Shown: positions 11,601 to 21,566 of the stretch, piece by piece
How positions within the stretch are numbered: position 1 is the first letter of the stretch
How the letters are laid out: each line of letters starts with the position of its first letter
Source of the DNA: Macrostomum lignano
Lineage: Eukaryota
Direction: 5' to 3'
NCBI GenBank assembly: GCA_002269645.1
Contig: NIVC01005099.1
Coordinates: 1 to 26,326, forward strand
Length of the DNA stretch: 26,326 nucleotides
Notes under the pieces: generated by a model
The model's database searches: none
The model's input: the letters and a program-made list of their open reading frames with translations, nothing else
Told to the model about the DNA's origin: nothing
Position numbers and translations under genes: made by a program

Positions 11601-12439
11601 ACTCACCATAGAGTGGAGAGCAGAGCAGCCAGCAGCCACGAATTTTAAGAAGAAGATTAAAGAAATTGCCCGAGAGTTGGTGACGCGCCAGCGACCACCG
11701 ACTGTTTCCCGGCATCAGACACGCGTTATCAGTCACAACGGAGCACAGCAATAATTTATTTATTCAAGCGTCAATTGTATTCTTGCCAAGACAGTTCTCT
11801 GGAAAACCTACAGAGATGCAACAGCTTGCGAAACTCTCACGGAAGCCACTCGCTTGCAGGAATGCAGGAGCAGAGGCATGCATGAGTTGGGCTCACAAGC
11901 AAGATGCTGTGAAGCCTCATTGGCTTCTAACCCTCATCAAACATCCGCTGTGAAACCAAATTTGAGCCCAGCAGCTTCAAACGTAAAGACTTCGACGTTT
12001 TTTCGAAAATAAATTTTACCTAAAGCATTTTCAGAGAAAACTCAGCTCTAATGGGAAGCTAGAGTGCGTTGAAAATGATTAATAAACACCTGCATAGGTT
12101 TAGCACTAGCCGGGATAATTTTTATTATATAACTTGTATTTATAAAAAAATAACCTCGTTGCAGATCTCCGTTGCAGATCGCTTAATCAGAACTGGGACT
12201 CCGGCAAACCGTGGCCATAACAGCAACGTTTTCAAAAACCATGTAGGTCTGGGTAATGCATGGGTACGGATACGCCAAAAGTTTTAGCAAAAAGCTGACT
12301 GCAAGCAAGAAACCGCTTAGTCACTCGCGACATTTTGTGCCCTATAAAGCCCCAAATTCAGGCCCTTAATGGCGCCGTGGTACTGATCCGAAGCCGGGAT
12401 TTTCCATCTAACTAGTCCACGCTTAACGCCAACTTGTCA

Positions 12440-13790
12440 ACAACAACACGAGCAACAACACCAGTGGGAAGGCACTCGTCTCCCCACCAAGAGAGAAGTC
12501 CGCTACATTGGCGTCTGGATAGACGATGGCCTTACCTTCAAGCGTCAGGCGGCCGAAGTTGTTTCGAAGATGCACCGCCGATGCAGCATCCTCCGCGCCC
12601 TGGCCCCCAGAGAGTGGGGCTGGGACTGCAGCACCCTCCGTACTGTCTACAAGGCAGTCGTCGAGTCCGTCGCTTGGCATGCGGCCGCGGCTTGGATGCC
12701 TTGGCTGCCCAAAACGCCGTTTGGAGGAGCTGGAGCGAGCACAGCGAGAAGCCCTAAGACTTGTTACCGGCCTGCCAAAGTTAAACTCCTGTGCGGCTGT
12801 CTATAAGGAGGCAAATTGCGATCCTATTAGCGCCGAGGCCAAACAGAGAGCCCTCACCGCCATTGAAAAGTCCAAAAGAAGACGGTTAGCGACCCTGGCG
12901 CCAGATTTGCGAGCGCGAAACCGATGTCCGCCTCAAAGCTAACCGGGGACTCCGTGAGCAAGCCAGCAAAATTCTGGCCAACCTCCTCCCGTTCGAGAGG
13001 CTGCCGAACTCCTGGATTCGTGCGCCCCAGGGGAGGCGCTTAATGGCTTGAAGCGACTCCGCCTCTTCCCCGAGCTCCTCCGCCACTGCAGCAAGTCCGA
13101 AGACATCCAGGCCAGGCGTGACCTCATCGAGGAGATCCGCAGAAAGTGCCTTCCGGACACCTGCTACTACAACGATGGATCAGCCACCAGCGGTACTCAG
13201 CTTGGCGGGGCGGCCTGGATACTGTACTGCAGCCGCCATGACCTGATCATTCGTTCGGGGCGTGCTGCGGCCTGCAGATGGTGCAGCTCCTTTGTAGCTG
13301 AGCTCCGGACCCTTTGACTGGCCCTGGGCGACATATTAACGGAAGAACCGCCGAAAGCACAATCCTGACTGACAGCCAGGCCGCCATCCGAGCCATCCAA
13401 GCCGACTGCACCACTACGAACAGCCTCCTAGAACACTCAAGAATCTCATCCGACGTGCTATCGGGTCACAGCCATTACCATCCAGTGGATCCCTGGGCAC
13501 GTGGGCGTTAGCGGAAATGAGCTGGTCGACCTGGAGGCCAAGCGGGCCGCGCGCCTGCCTCAACAGCACATCCCCCTTGCGCTTGCTGCGTCCAAGAACC
13601 TACTGCGCAGGTCCGTCGGGTACCAGCCCGTCCTTGAGGGCCACCTGGAAGCAGTTTACTCGGGCGCATCACCTTCCATGATGGCACCAGAAACCAGAAA
13701 GTCCTAGTCTCGCAGGTCCGCGCCACTGCTGGCCACTGCCCGGCGTCGGTCTACTACAAGAAGCGCATCGGGACGACAAACGATGCTCCC
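12440..13790 (+). mobile_element. Degenerate non-LTR retrotransposon fragment (I group, Ingi-like): RT thumb + RNase H, truncated at both ends
   Basis: The RT C-terminal region reads VRYIGVWIDDGLTF...LRALAPREWGWDCSTLRTVYKAVV...LEELERAQREALRLVTG. RNase H motifs are YNDGS...GGAA, SSFVAEL, ILTDSQAA and WIPGHVGVSGNELVD. Several frameshifts and stops are present, and the sequence ends at AGHCP...YKKRIG...DAP. Confidence 0.9.
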
Positions 13791-14125
13791 CTGTCTCCGA
13801 CCCACACAGCGCTGAAGTGCTCGTTCGCAGCGATCGCGTCGTACTCCGAGTCCACCACGGTCTCGCAGGTGCTCTCAGCGGCCACTCCGGCAGTCGGTGT
13901 CATCGAGGTCAAGTTGAGCAGGTGGCACACCTCACCGAAGCGGAACAGCGCGCACGAGGCGTCTCGCTTATTCCGTTGCACAACGCCGACGCTGCCGAGA
14001 CGGAACGACCGACTCGACACGAAGCAGTTGAGCAGGAAGGCGGAGGGTCGCGGCAGTTGCCACACCGACAGCGACAAGTTCAGACACCCCTGATTGACTT
14101 CTTTATATTTAGTAATGCTGGAGAA
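13787..14125 (-). pseudogene. Paralog B, second part (FSSITKYKEVNQGCLNLSL...FSAVWVGDRG), 3'-truncated
   Basis: High identity to copies A and C from CLNLSL to WVGDRG. Homology stops at 13787, where the sequence joins the LINE. Confidence 0.92.
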
Positions 14126-14319
14126 CTCCCGTCGAACTTTTCACCCGGAATTTCGCCCGGAATTTTTTGCGTTCACCCGGAATTTTTTCATATTCCAGTA
14201 ATGCAATCCGATCCGGGTGGAAATTCCGGATCTGTAACGAAAGTTTACAGAATCCGGGCGAATTTTCCGGATCAAAAAGAAAAATTCCGGTGACCCGGAG
14301 TTCCGGGCGAATTCCGGGC

Positions 14320-14590
14320 GAGTGAACCGGATCTGCAGCCGAATCCGGGCTAATTCCGGGCGAGTGAACCGGATTAGCACACAAATCCGGGCGAGTGAAC
14401 CGGATCAGCACACAAATCCGGGCGAATTCCGGGAGAGTGAACCGGATTAGCACACAAATCCGGGAGAGTGAACCGGATCAGCACACAATTCCGGGCGAGT
14501 GAACCGGATCAGCACACAAATCCGGGCGAGTGAACCGGATCAGCACACAAATCCGGGAATTCCGAGAGTGAACCGGATTAGCACACGAAT
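14320..14590. repeat. 31-bp subterminal tandem repeat (GAGTGAACCGGATCAGCACACAAATCCGGGC) within the transposon
   Basis: Units at 14362, 14393 and onward, with small indels. Confidence 0.9.
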
Positions 14591-15182
14591 CCAGGTGAAT
14601 TCTGGATGATTGAACCGGTTTTTCAGCCAAATCTTGGGCTTATCACAGTAGCAGAAAATTAAATAAAGAACGGGTCATTGTTCCATACATTTTCCACGAC
14701 TACGAATAGAATCGAATTCGATTTAGCCGTCCACGAACAGAAATACTGAATTCAGTTGTGCACAACTGCAAATCGTATATTTCTATGCACTTCTACGTAC
14801 TTTCAGAAACAAAAAATGCTGACCTTCTGAATGTCACTCGGATGGGCAGCTGGACTTCGATGCTACCATTAACTTTTTTGAAGCCGTATACGGTTTTATA
14901 TACCTTATCGCGACATTGGCTGCTCTTCAGGGATCCCCATCGCCTACCTCTGATTGCATCTGTCAGGTGGGTCACTCACTATACAGCTAATTAGCTAGTT
15001 AACTCAAGTCAGCTGACTTGTCTATTCACTTGCTTAAGAATTGTAAAGATTTCCGCAAAAATTAAGGAACGACTTTTGTCTCATTTTCCAGGACCTATCA
15101 GGGCTCATAAATGTAGACAGCCAATGTCTCGAAGAGCGTTTCTAATGAAATCGAATCCAGCAAATTTGGCCTTAACAAAAAG

Positions 15183-15858
15183 CTAGAAATTAATTGCAAA
15201 TAAATGCGGTGGTGGTGTTATGCACTCGATCTTGGACATCGCCCGCATTTCACTCCTCGAGTAGCTCGCCGTCTGGAAATATATGTTTCCAGAAGTCGGC
15301 CCCTCATTTTCGGCAGCACTGGCGATTCGTCGCGCCTTCACCTGGTCCGCCTTCTTTTGCCGCTCTGCGGCTGGCCGAGATTGAAAGAGCACTGCCTGGC
15401 TTCTCGCCACGGTCGTGTCGGATTCCGACGAGCTCGTAGCGGAGATAGCTTCCAATCGAAGAACTTCAGCTTTCATCTGACGATTTTCGGCTTGAGCCTC
15501 CGACAGCTTTTCACGAACTCCGCTCAATTGATGGCCTATTAAGTACATAAAAATGAGGAGAGTGGCGAAGCAGATTCAAACTTAAGAATCGACAACACTT
15601 ATATATATACGAGGCTGCTAACGTCTTCTAGTATATGCATAAAAAACTTACACAGTTCGTCCTCGGCTTCGCCTTGGGCCCGAATCTGATCCATCATTGT
15701 GGTGCATGACGGGCATCGTGACGGCTGCGGTTGCTGCGACGGCACACGCGCCAAAGCAGTCGCTTCAATCGCTTGGGCCTTTCTATCCAAAGGCCCCTTC
15801 CAGAGAGTGGCGGAATACCGGGATCCGGTACTCTTGTTAGCAGCCGTGACAACGTGAT
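15183..15858 (-). CDS. Spliced gene remnant inside the transposon (CxxC + coiled-coil protein), two exons about 15858-15652 and 15535-15183
   Basis: Donor CTGT|GTAAGT at 15651 and acceptor ttatgtacttaatAG at 15536 define a 116-nt intron. It joins ORFs 15599..15790 and 15183..15548 in frame (EAEDELC-HQLSGVREKLSEAQAENRQMKAEVLRLE). The 5' boundary is uncertain. Confidence 0.55.
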
Positions 15859-16900
15859 CTGCTCACGGCTGGTGCAGCTGCAAACGCCTTAGACAAACCA
15901 ATGGAGCATGCACCGACAAAAATCGGATTAGCGTCTGTCTTAATAGGAAAGCTGCTTTGCATACTGGGCCAGTTAGAGCTATTTGGAACTATGCCACAGT
16001 CTCCGTCTAGACACCCAGCTGTGCCAAACAATATGGTTGGCTGATTTTATGCTTCTAAAAGCGTCAAATATGACGATCGATAGAATCATTCAGCCCGTTG
16101 ACACACTAAGCAGCTGTGATAGACTACATGCCAGTGGAAGTCAAACCTCTTGCACGCAACAATTTTTCAATTGTCACCTTCAATTGTACGGAGGATGGGC
16201 TCAGCCTCACATTACGGACGCTACAGTGCCGCCGTAAAGCAGATAAGTTGTCTCATCAAAGCGAGGCTTTATTACCCCTCGCAGGTCAGCTTAGCAGCTG
16301 CCTTGAGCCACAACAGAAGCGAGGATTGATTATCCATCGCAGGTCAGCTTATCAGCTGCCTTGAGCCACAACAGAAGCGAGGATTGATTATCCATCGCAG
16401 GTCAGCTTATCAGCTGCCTTGAGCCACACGATATGGTTACCGACCATAGTAGTCCGTATAGACTACCTAGACGTGATCTGCTCACGGCTGGTGCAACTGC
16501 AAACGCCTTAGACAAACCGCTGGAAGCATGTACCGACAAAAATCGGATTAGCGTCTATCCTAATAGGAAAGCTGCTTTGCATACTGGGCCAGTTAGAGCT
16601 ATATGGAACCATGCCACAGTCTCCGTCTAGACACCCAGCTGTGCCAAACAATATGGTTGTCTGATTTTATGCTTCTAAGCGTCAAATATGACGATAGAAT
16701 CATTCAGACCGTTGACACACTAAGCAGCTGTGATAGACTACATGCCAGTGGAAGTCAAACCTCTCGCACACAATCAGGGCGCAACAATTTTTCAATTGTT
16801 ACCCGTACGGAGGATGGGCACAGCCGCACATTACGGACGCTACAGAGCCGCCGAAAAGCAGATCAATTCACATTGCAATTTCGAGGCTTTATTACCCCTC
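15853..16900. repeat. Imperfect direct duplication (~15853-16280 vs ~16471-16910) with an intervening 58-bp tandem repeat (16281-16427, 2.5 copies)
   Basis: Both blocks start ACGTGATCTGCTCACGGCTGGTGCA and run collinearly. The 58-bp units start at 16281, 16339 and 16397. Confidence 0.92.
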
Positions 16901-17451
16901 GCTTTCCAAGAGGAATTAGCGCCGTTGACCGAATGGATGTCAGGGATTGCCTGATGGGATAGCCATTTGCTGGGGTCTGTATTCAGCGGTTTTCCATCGG
17001 AGGCTTCCTCTCAAAATCCCCATGGTACTTGTATAATGGATGCCGGATTGATTCCGACTCAAGTCCCGAAATTTTCCCGGATCAGCTTCGCCCGGAATTT
17101 GGCTGAAATTCGGGTCAAGGGAGCTGATCCGGGTGAATTTTCTGGATCATTTGGTCCGGATCACTGGAGAATTCCGACTGAAGTCCCGAAATCTCACCCG
17201 GAACATTTTCACCTGGAACACTGCTGAAATTCGGGTGTACACCCAGAATTCCATAGTGTTCCGGGTGAAAAATTCCGGAAAATCCAACCGGAACAGCTTT
17301 CCTTTTCCCGAAATTTTACCGGATCTTTTTCCGGAAAAAGGGGCTGTTCCGGGCCAAAAAAGCTGATCCGGGCGTTCACCCGGAAATCAATTAAAAATCG
17401 GGCCCGGATCACAAAATTCCGGAAAAAATTCCGGGTGAAAAGTTCGACGGG

Positions 17452-17529
17452 CTTTTGGCATTCGCAGCTGGTGCAGAAGACGGTCAGAGCTGCCAGAACC
17501 GCCGCCAGGGCTGCCTTCATGTTTAGCAT
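17452..17529 (-). pseudogene. Paralog B, first part: signal peptide MLNMKAALAAVLAALTVFCTSCECQK
   Basis: ATG lies in a ccgccATG context and encodes a hydrophobic leader. These 26 codons end exactly at the transposon TSD and continue in frame at 14125. Confidence 0.88.
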
Positions 17530-17835
17530 GGCGGTTTGAAGGATTATTTCAGTAACTATTCAGTAACTAAGGACTATTGGGTAGTACGGTGAGGAACGGG
17601 TGCGGTTTTCGTTTTGGGAATCGTTTTTAAAGGTGAAATTGGCTCGACTCTGATTCGCTCTTAGACTTGTAGCAAATCTTGCGATTATTTCCACAATTTC
17701 GTCAGGCTATAATTTTTTATCATAAAACTAATTGGTAACAGTCTTTGTCCGTTAATTCGATAGTTCACCAGCATGCTGTCAATCTTCTATGCGAGATTAA
17801 TGTCAGGGACTCAAATATAAACACTTGCGTCACAA

Positions 17836-18343
17836 GTTTGTCCGCACACGGAGATATTTTGTCCGCACACGGAGAAGTTTTGTCCGCACACGGAGATATT
17901 TTGTCCACACACGGAGATATTTTGTCCGCACACGGAGATATTTTGTCCGCACACGGAGATATTTTGTCCGCACACGGAGAAGTTTTGTCCGCACACGGAG
18001 ATATTTTGTTCGCACACGGAGATATTTTGTCCGCACACGGAGATATTTTGTCCGCACACGGAGATATTTTGTTCGCACACGGAGATATTTTGTCCGCACA
18101 CGGAGAAGTTTTGTCCGCACACGGAGATATTTTGTCCACACACGGAGATATTTTGTCCGCACACGGAGATATTTTGTCCGCACACGGAGATATTTTGTCC
18201 GCACACGGGGATATTTTGTCCGCACACGGAGATATTTTGTCCGCACACGGAGAAGTTTTGTCCGCACACGGAGATATTTTGTCCACACATGGAGATATTT
18301 TGTCCGCACACGAAGATATTTTGTCCGCACACGGAGAAAGTTT
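17836..18343. repeat. 21-bp minisatellite (TTTTGTCCGCACACGGAGATA), about 24 copies
   Basis: Direct periodicity. It explains the ORFs at 17745-18401. Confidence 0.98.
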
Positions 18344-20109
18344 GTATACTGACTTCAACCCAGTTTCCTCAGTAAACCGTGTAATGTCGAAATTTCTATA
18401 AAAATGCTGCTTGCTTTAAGGAAAAGAAAAAGATAGTTTCGGTGACTGTTGAATTTGTTTTGTAGCTCAATGAGAGACTTTGAGAACATTGTCTGCTTTT
18501 GTTTCCTAATTCTTTAAAAACTTCAATTTTGATTACGTGATTGTATTTTTTTCAATTTGATGAGCACTTCAAGAGCGAATTTTTATTGATAATTTCATTT
18601 TGCAATATTCCATTGTGTTTACTGGAAGTAGAGTGTAAGGAAAACGGTAGTATTGTTTTTTATTAGTAGAGACAGGAGGCTGTGTGCGCATCGTCGCACA
18701 GCCGGCGAGAGGCATTACTACGAGCAGAGGCACACACTCACACAGGAGTGTACAGCGGCTCTAACTTTATTTATCGTCAGACATGTGCACTTCACTGTGC
18801 TTTGGAGTTGGCCCTCAAAGCCATTAATATCACGAGCAGAGGCAATTAAGCCAAAGTTAATTTGACTGCACTTGGAATCACGCCCCCCCCCCGAAATAAA
18901 ATTGGTACGATAATTTTGTTTTGTCAGTCAGCTGAGCATTGATAGTTGAGTCTATTAACATAAAAACATTTTTTATTATTGTCGCTAAACCTATTATTTA
19001 TATCGCTAGTATTTGTGAGTAGCGATCTCCTACTCTTTACGTAGCCTTTGTCAGCAACCATATCAGAGATACGACACCCAACTCAGGTCAGTCTATCCTT
19101 GGAGCGATGTATATCATCGATTGCTGTTAGCCTGTACCACAATTCAAACAGGCATGCGGTATGATTTTCTCAACTCTCCTTTTGATACCAATATGATCGC
19201 AGAGTTTGACTTTGCTTTGCCTCTAATAAAATAATATTAACTGGTTGCACCTGCCCTAATGGAGGCTGTTGCAACCGACAGCTCAGCCGCCGCTGTTGCG
19301 CGACGCATCTGAAAGCTGCGTACGGCTTGACTTCGGGACTGATACAAGCCAGCCCTTCAGGGGCAGGCGTACAAAATCTTTAGCCTTGACAATTTTCAAC
19401 AATGCGCTCTGAAACGTGTCTATCAATCTGCTGCGTGTAAACGATGAAAACTACATGAGCCTGAACATCTTCACCAAGTCAAGAGAGAAGCTATTCTAGC
19501 ACAGGTGCCCTGTCAAGTGTTGACAACGAGATTCTTCTCTCAAGATTCCTGCTGCCTGGATTGACAGGCCTCCCCTTTATCCTCAATGTTTTCGAACCGA
19601 ACCCAACACTTCAGAAGCAAAATACTTTGAGAGGGCTCGGTTTTCAGCACGTCAATCTGATAAACAGCAACGCTGTTTGCTTACCTTTAGATGAACCGTG
19701 AGCGATGGGCTGTTGACCTCGCGACAATGCGCTCGGTAAACTTGTTTTAAGATGAGGAGGAATCCGCTGCAGTGACAGCAGAAGCTCTAGGACGCTACAG
19801 CAATTTACAGCAAAACTTACAGCCATGCAGAATTTGTCGAGTTTTGCAGAGCAAACTGAAGCCACCCAGCATGGATACCTAGCTACCTACCTACCTACCT
19901 ACCTACCGACAAACCATGTTTAGTATATGGATTCAAGACAAACTGAAAATAGTTCTTTTCGAGCTTGGGCCACTTTACGCGTAGGCTTTTTCCATCAGTG
20001 ACTCTAAAGCTAATAAGGCAATGTCCCCGGATAGTTGATTCTGGAATTCAATATAAAGTTATACTGGAAACAGACACCGCGTCTCTCCTGTTAATAAACT
20101 TAATTCACA

Positions 20110-20251
20110 AAAGTGGCTTCAGAATAAGCTGGACGCCTCCTAATGATCCGCAATGGTCCAGCCCAATGAAGCGCTGAGCTCTGGGAGTTCTCTTCAGGTG
20201 CAGGACCCAGGTGCAAGACGCCGTAAGTTCCAGACCTGTGGGGCTGTCCTC
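20110..20251 (-). pseudogene. Fragment D: degraded internal piece of another paralog
   Basis: Minus-strand translation EDSPTGLELTASCTWVLHLKRTPRAQRFIGLDHCGSLGG aligns with copy C DDPTGLDFTASYTWVLHLKRTPKVQCYIELDNCESLGS, followed by in-frame stops. Confidence 0.85.
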
Positions 20252-20254
20252 AAA

Positions 20255-20450
20255 TGAACAAGAAAAAGGTCTGCATTGTGTTTAACATATCCCTCTTGCT
20301 GATTTTATGAACTCAAGTGATCGTTGCTTCAAAGTTAGGGCAACTCAAAAGAAATTGTAGCGTCAAGGTAAACAAGCCGTCAAAGTTAGCGACATGCTGC
20401 AAGAGCCAATGGGAAACCAAAACCAATCAGAACACCTCCACTGATCAGCA
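20255..20450 (+). promoter_or_regulatory. Putative proximal promoter of paralog C with two CCAAT boxes
   Basis: CCAAT at 20406 and 20423, 130-150 nt upstream of the ATG. The block is conserved in a second copy at ~26084-26295. Confidence 0.5.
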
Positions 20451-20552
20451 GAAAGTTAAAAACTTTGATGCGATCTGATGCCGAGGCTCTCCATACTGGC
20501 AGACTCCTCTTCTACTGACTGACAGAAGCTTACAATACATGTACGTCACAAA

Positions 20553-21566
20553 ATGTCCAGCCTCCTACATCTCGCTGTTCTGTGCGCCCTGCTCTCGGTC
20601 TCTGACTGTTTGAACGGAGACAAAATTGCACAGCACAAAGTAGCCAACAATGACTGCGTGAACTTGTCGCTCTCGGTGTGGCGGCAGCCGCGACCCTCCG
20701 CCTCCCTGCTCGACTGCTTCGTGTCGAGTCGGTCGTTCCGTCTCGGCAGCGTCGGCGTGGTGCAGCGGAGCAAGCGAGACGCCTCGTGCGCGTTGTTCCG
20801 CTTCGGTGAGGTGTGCCGCCTGCTCAACATGACCAGCTCGTCTACACAGACTGAGGGAGTAGCCGCTGAGAGCACCTGCGAGACCGTGGTGGACTCGGAG
20901 TACGACGCGATCGCTGCGAACGAGCACTTCAGCGCTGTGTGGGTCGGAGACAGGGGACCGGCGCTGGAGAACCTGGTGTGCGGCTCCGAGGGACAGAGGA
21001 ACCCCATGAAGTCGCTCAATGTGACCTGGACGAGTGAGGGCGCTCGCATGGACGGAGTCTCGTCTCGGCTGTGGGTGGACGACCCCACAGGTCTGGACTT
21101 CACGGCGTCCTACACCTGGGTGCTGCACCTGAAGAGGACTCCTAAGGTTCAGTGCTACATTGAGCTGGACAATTGCGAATCACTAGGAAGCTCATTCTTA
21201 AGCCTCTTTTGGGAACTCAGCTTCATTACAAGCTATATGCAATGTCTGTTTTTCTATACTGGCAGCCAAAACTGGCTCCTAAGCGGCTCTGTGCTGCCCG
21301 CTGACCCTGAGCGCTTCTTCATCACTGGCTTGACAACCGATAAGCCGTCGGGTGAACGCCGATTTCTGCTTGGATCCGCGTTCTTGACCGAGCCGCTGGT
21401 CTCTGGCAACGGTTCCAAATTTAATTATAACGATACTGGCGCCTGCATCAAGATCGGCTGGCGGTCTCCAGGCCAGTTCATATTGAATGGCGTCATTCGC
21501 GCCGTCGCTGTGGCCAACTCGGCTGTGACTGAGCAGGCGGTGCGACAGCTGCTTCAGCAGCCCTGA
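20553..21566 (+). CDS. Paralog C: intact intronless secreted protein, 337 aa; signal peptide, PAN/apple-like Cys region, C-terminal LamG/concanavalin-A-like (Laminin_G_3/pentraxin-type) domain
   Basis: Hydrophobic leader MSSLLHLAVLCALLSVSDC. LamG-type opening GARMDGVSSRLWV...LDFTASYTWVLHLK and ending IKIGWRSPGQFILNGVIRAVAVANSAVTEQAVRQLL. Paralogs lie nearby. Domain names come from motif recognition, not a search. Confidence 0.92.
   Translation: MSSLLHLAVLCALLSVSDCLNGDKIAQHKVANNDCVNLSLSVWRQPRPSASLLDCFVSSRSFRLGSVGVVQRSKRDASCALFRFGEVCRLLNMTSSSTQTEGVAAESTCETVVDSEYDAIAANEHFSAVWVGDRGPALENLVCGSEGQRNPMKSLNVTWTSEGARMDGVSSRLWVDDPTGLDFTASYTWVLHLKRTPKVQCYIELDNCESLGSSFLSLFWELSFITSYMQCLFFYTGSQNWLLSGSVLPADPERFFITGLTTDKPSGERRFLLGSAFLTEPLVSGNGSKFNYNDTGACIKIGWRSPGQFILNGVIRAVAVANSAVTEQAVRQLLQQP

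Larger units (their letters stand above)
14128..17451. mobile_element. 3324-bp non-autonomous DNA transposon with CCC termini and a 2-bp TSD (probably CMC/EnSpm-like)
   Basis: Perfect 26-bp TIR CCCGTCGAACTTTTCACCCGGAATTT at 14128-14153, with its reverse complement at 17426-17451. CT is duplicated at 14126-14127 and 17452-17453. CCGG-rich subterminal repeats occur at both ends, and removing the element restores paralog B in frame. The superfamily call rests on termini and TSD only; no transposase was found. Confidence 0.88.

Noticed and set aside
10591-11751. Six long overlapping ORFs (225-386 aa), some Cys-rich and resembling keratin-associated or metallothionein proteins
   Set aside because: All are translations of a stop-free 30-bp minisatellite. 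All frames are open and there is no unique coding flank.
17209-17451. 106-aa ORF as a real secreted protein
   Set aside because: Only the first 26 codons are genic (paralog B leader); the rest is read-through into the transposon TIR and subterminal repeats.
17745-18401. ORFs with SAHGDIL, CADKISP and FVRTRRY repeats
   Set aside because: Read-through of a 21-bp minisatellite.
19250-19880. Moderately GC-rich stretch with coding-like patches
   Set aside because: Multiple stops in all frames and no recognisable family. It may be an old TE remnant but cannot be supported without a search.
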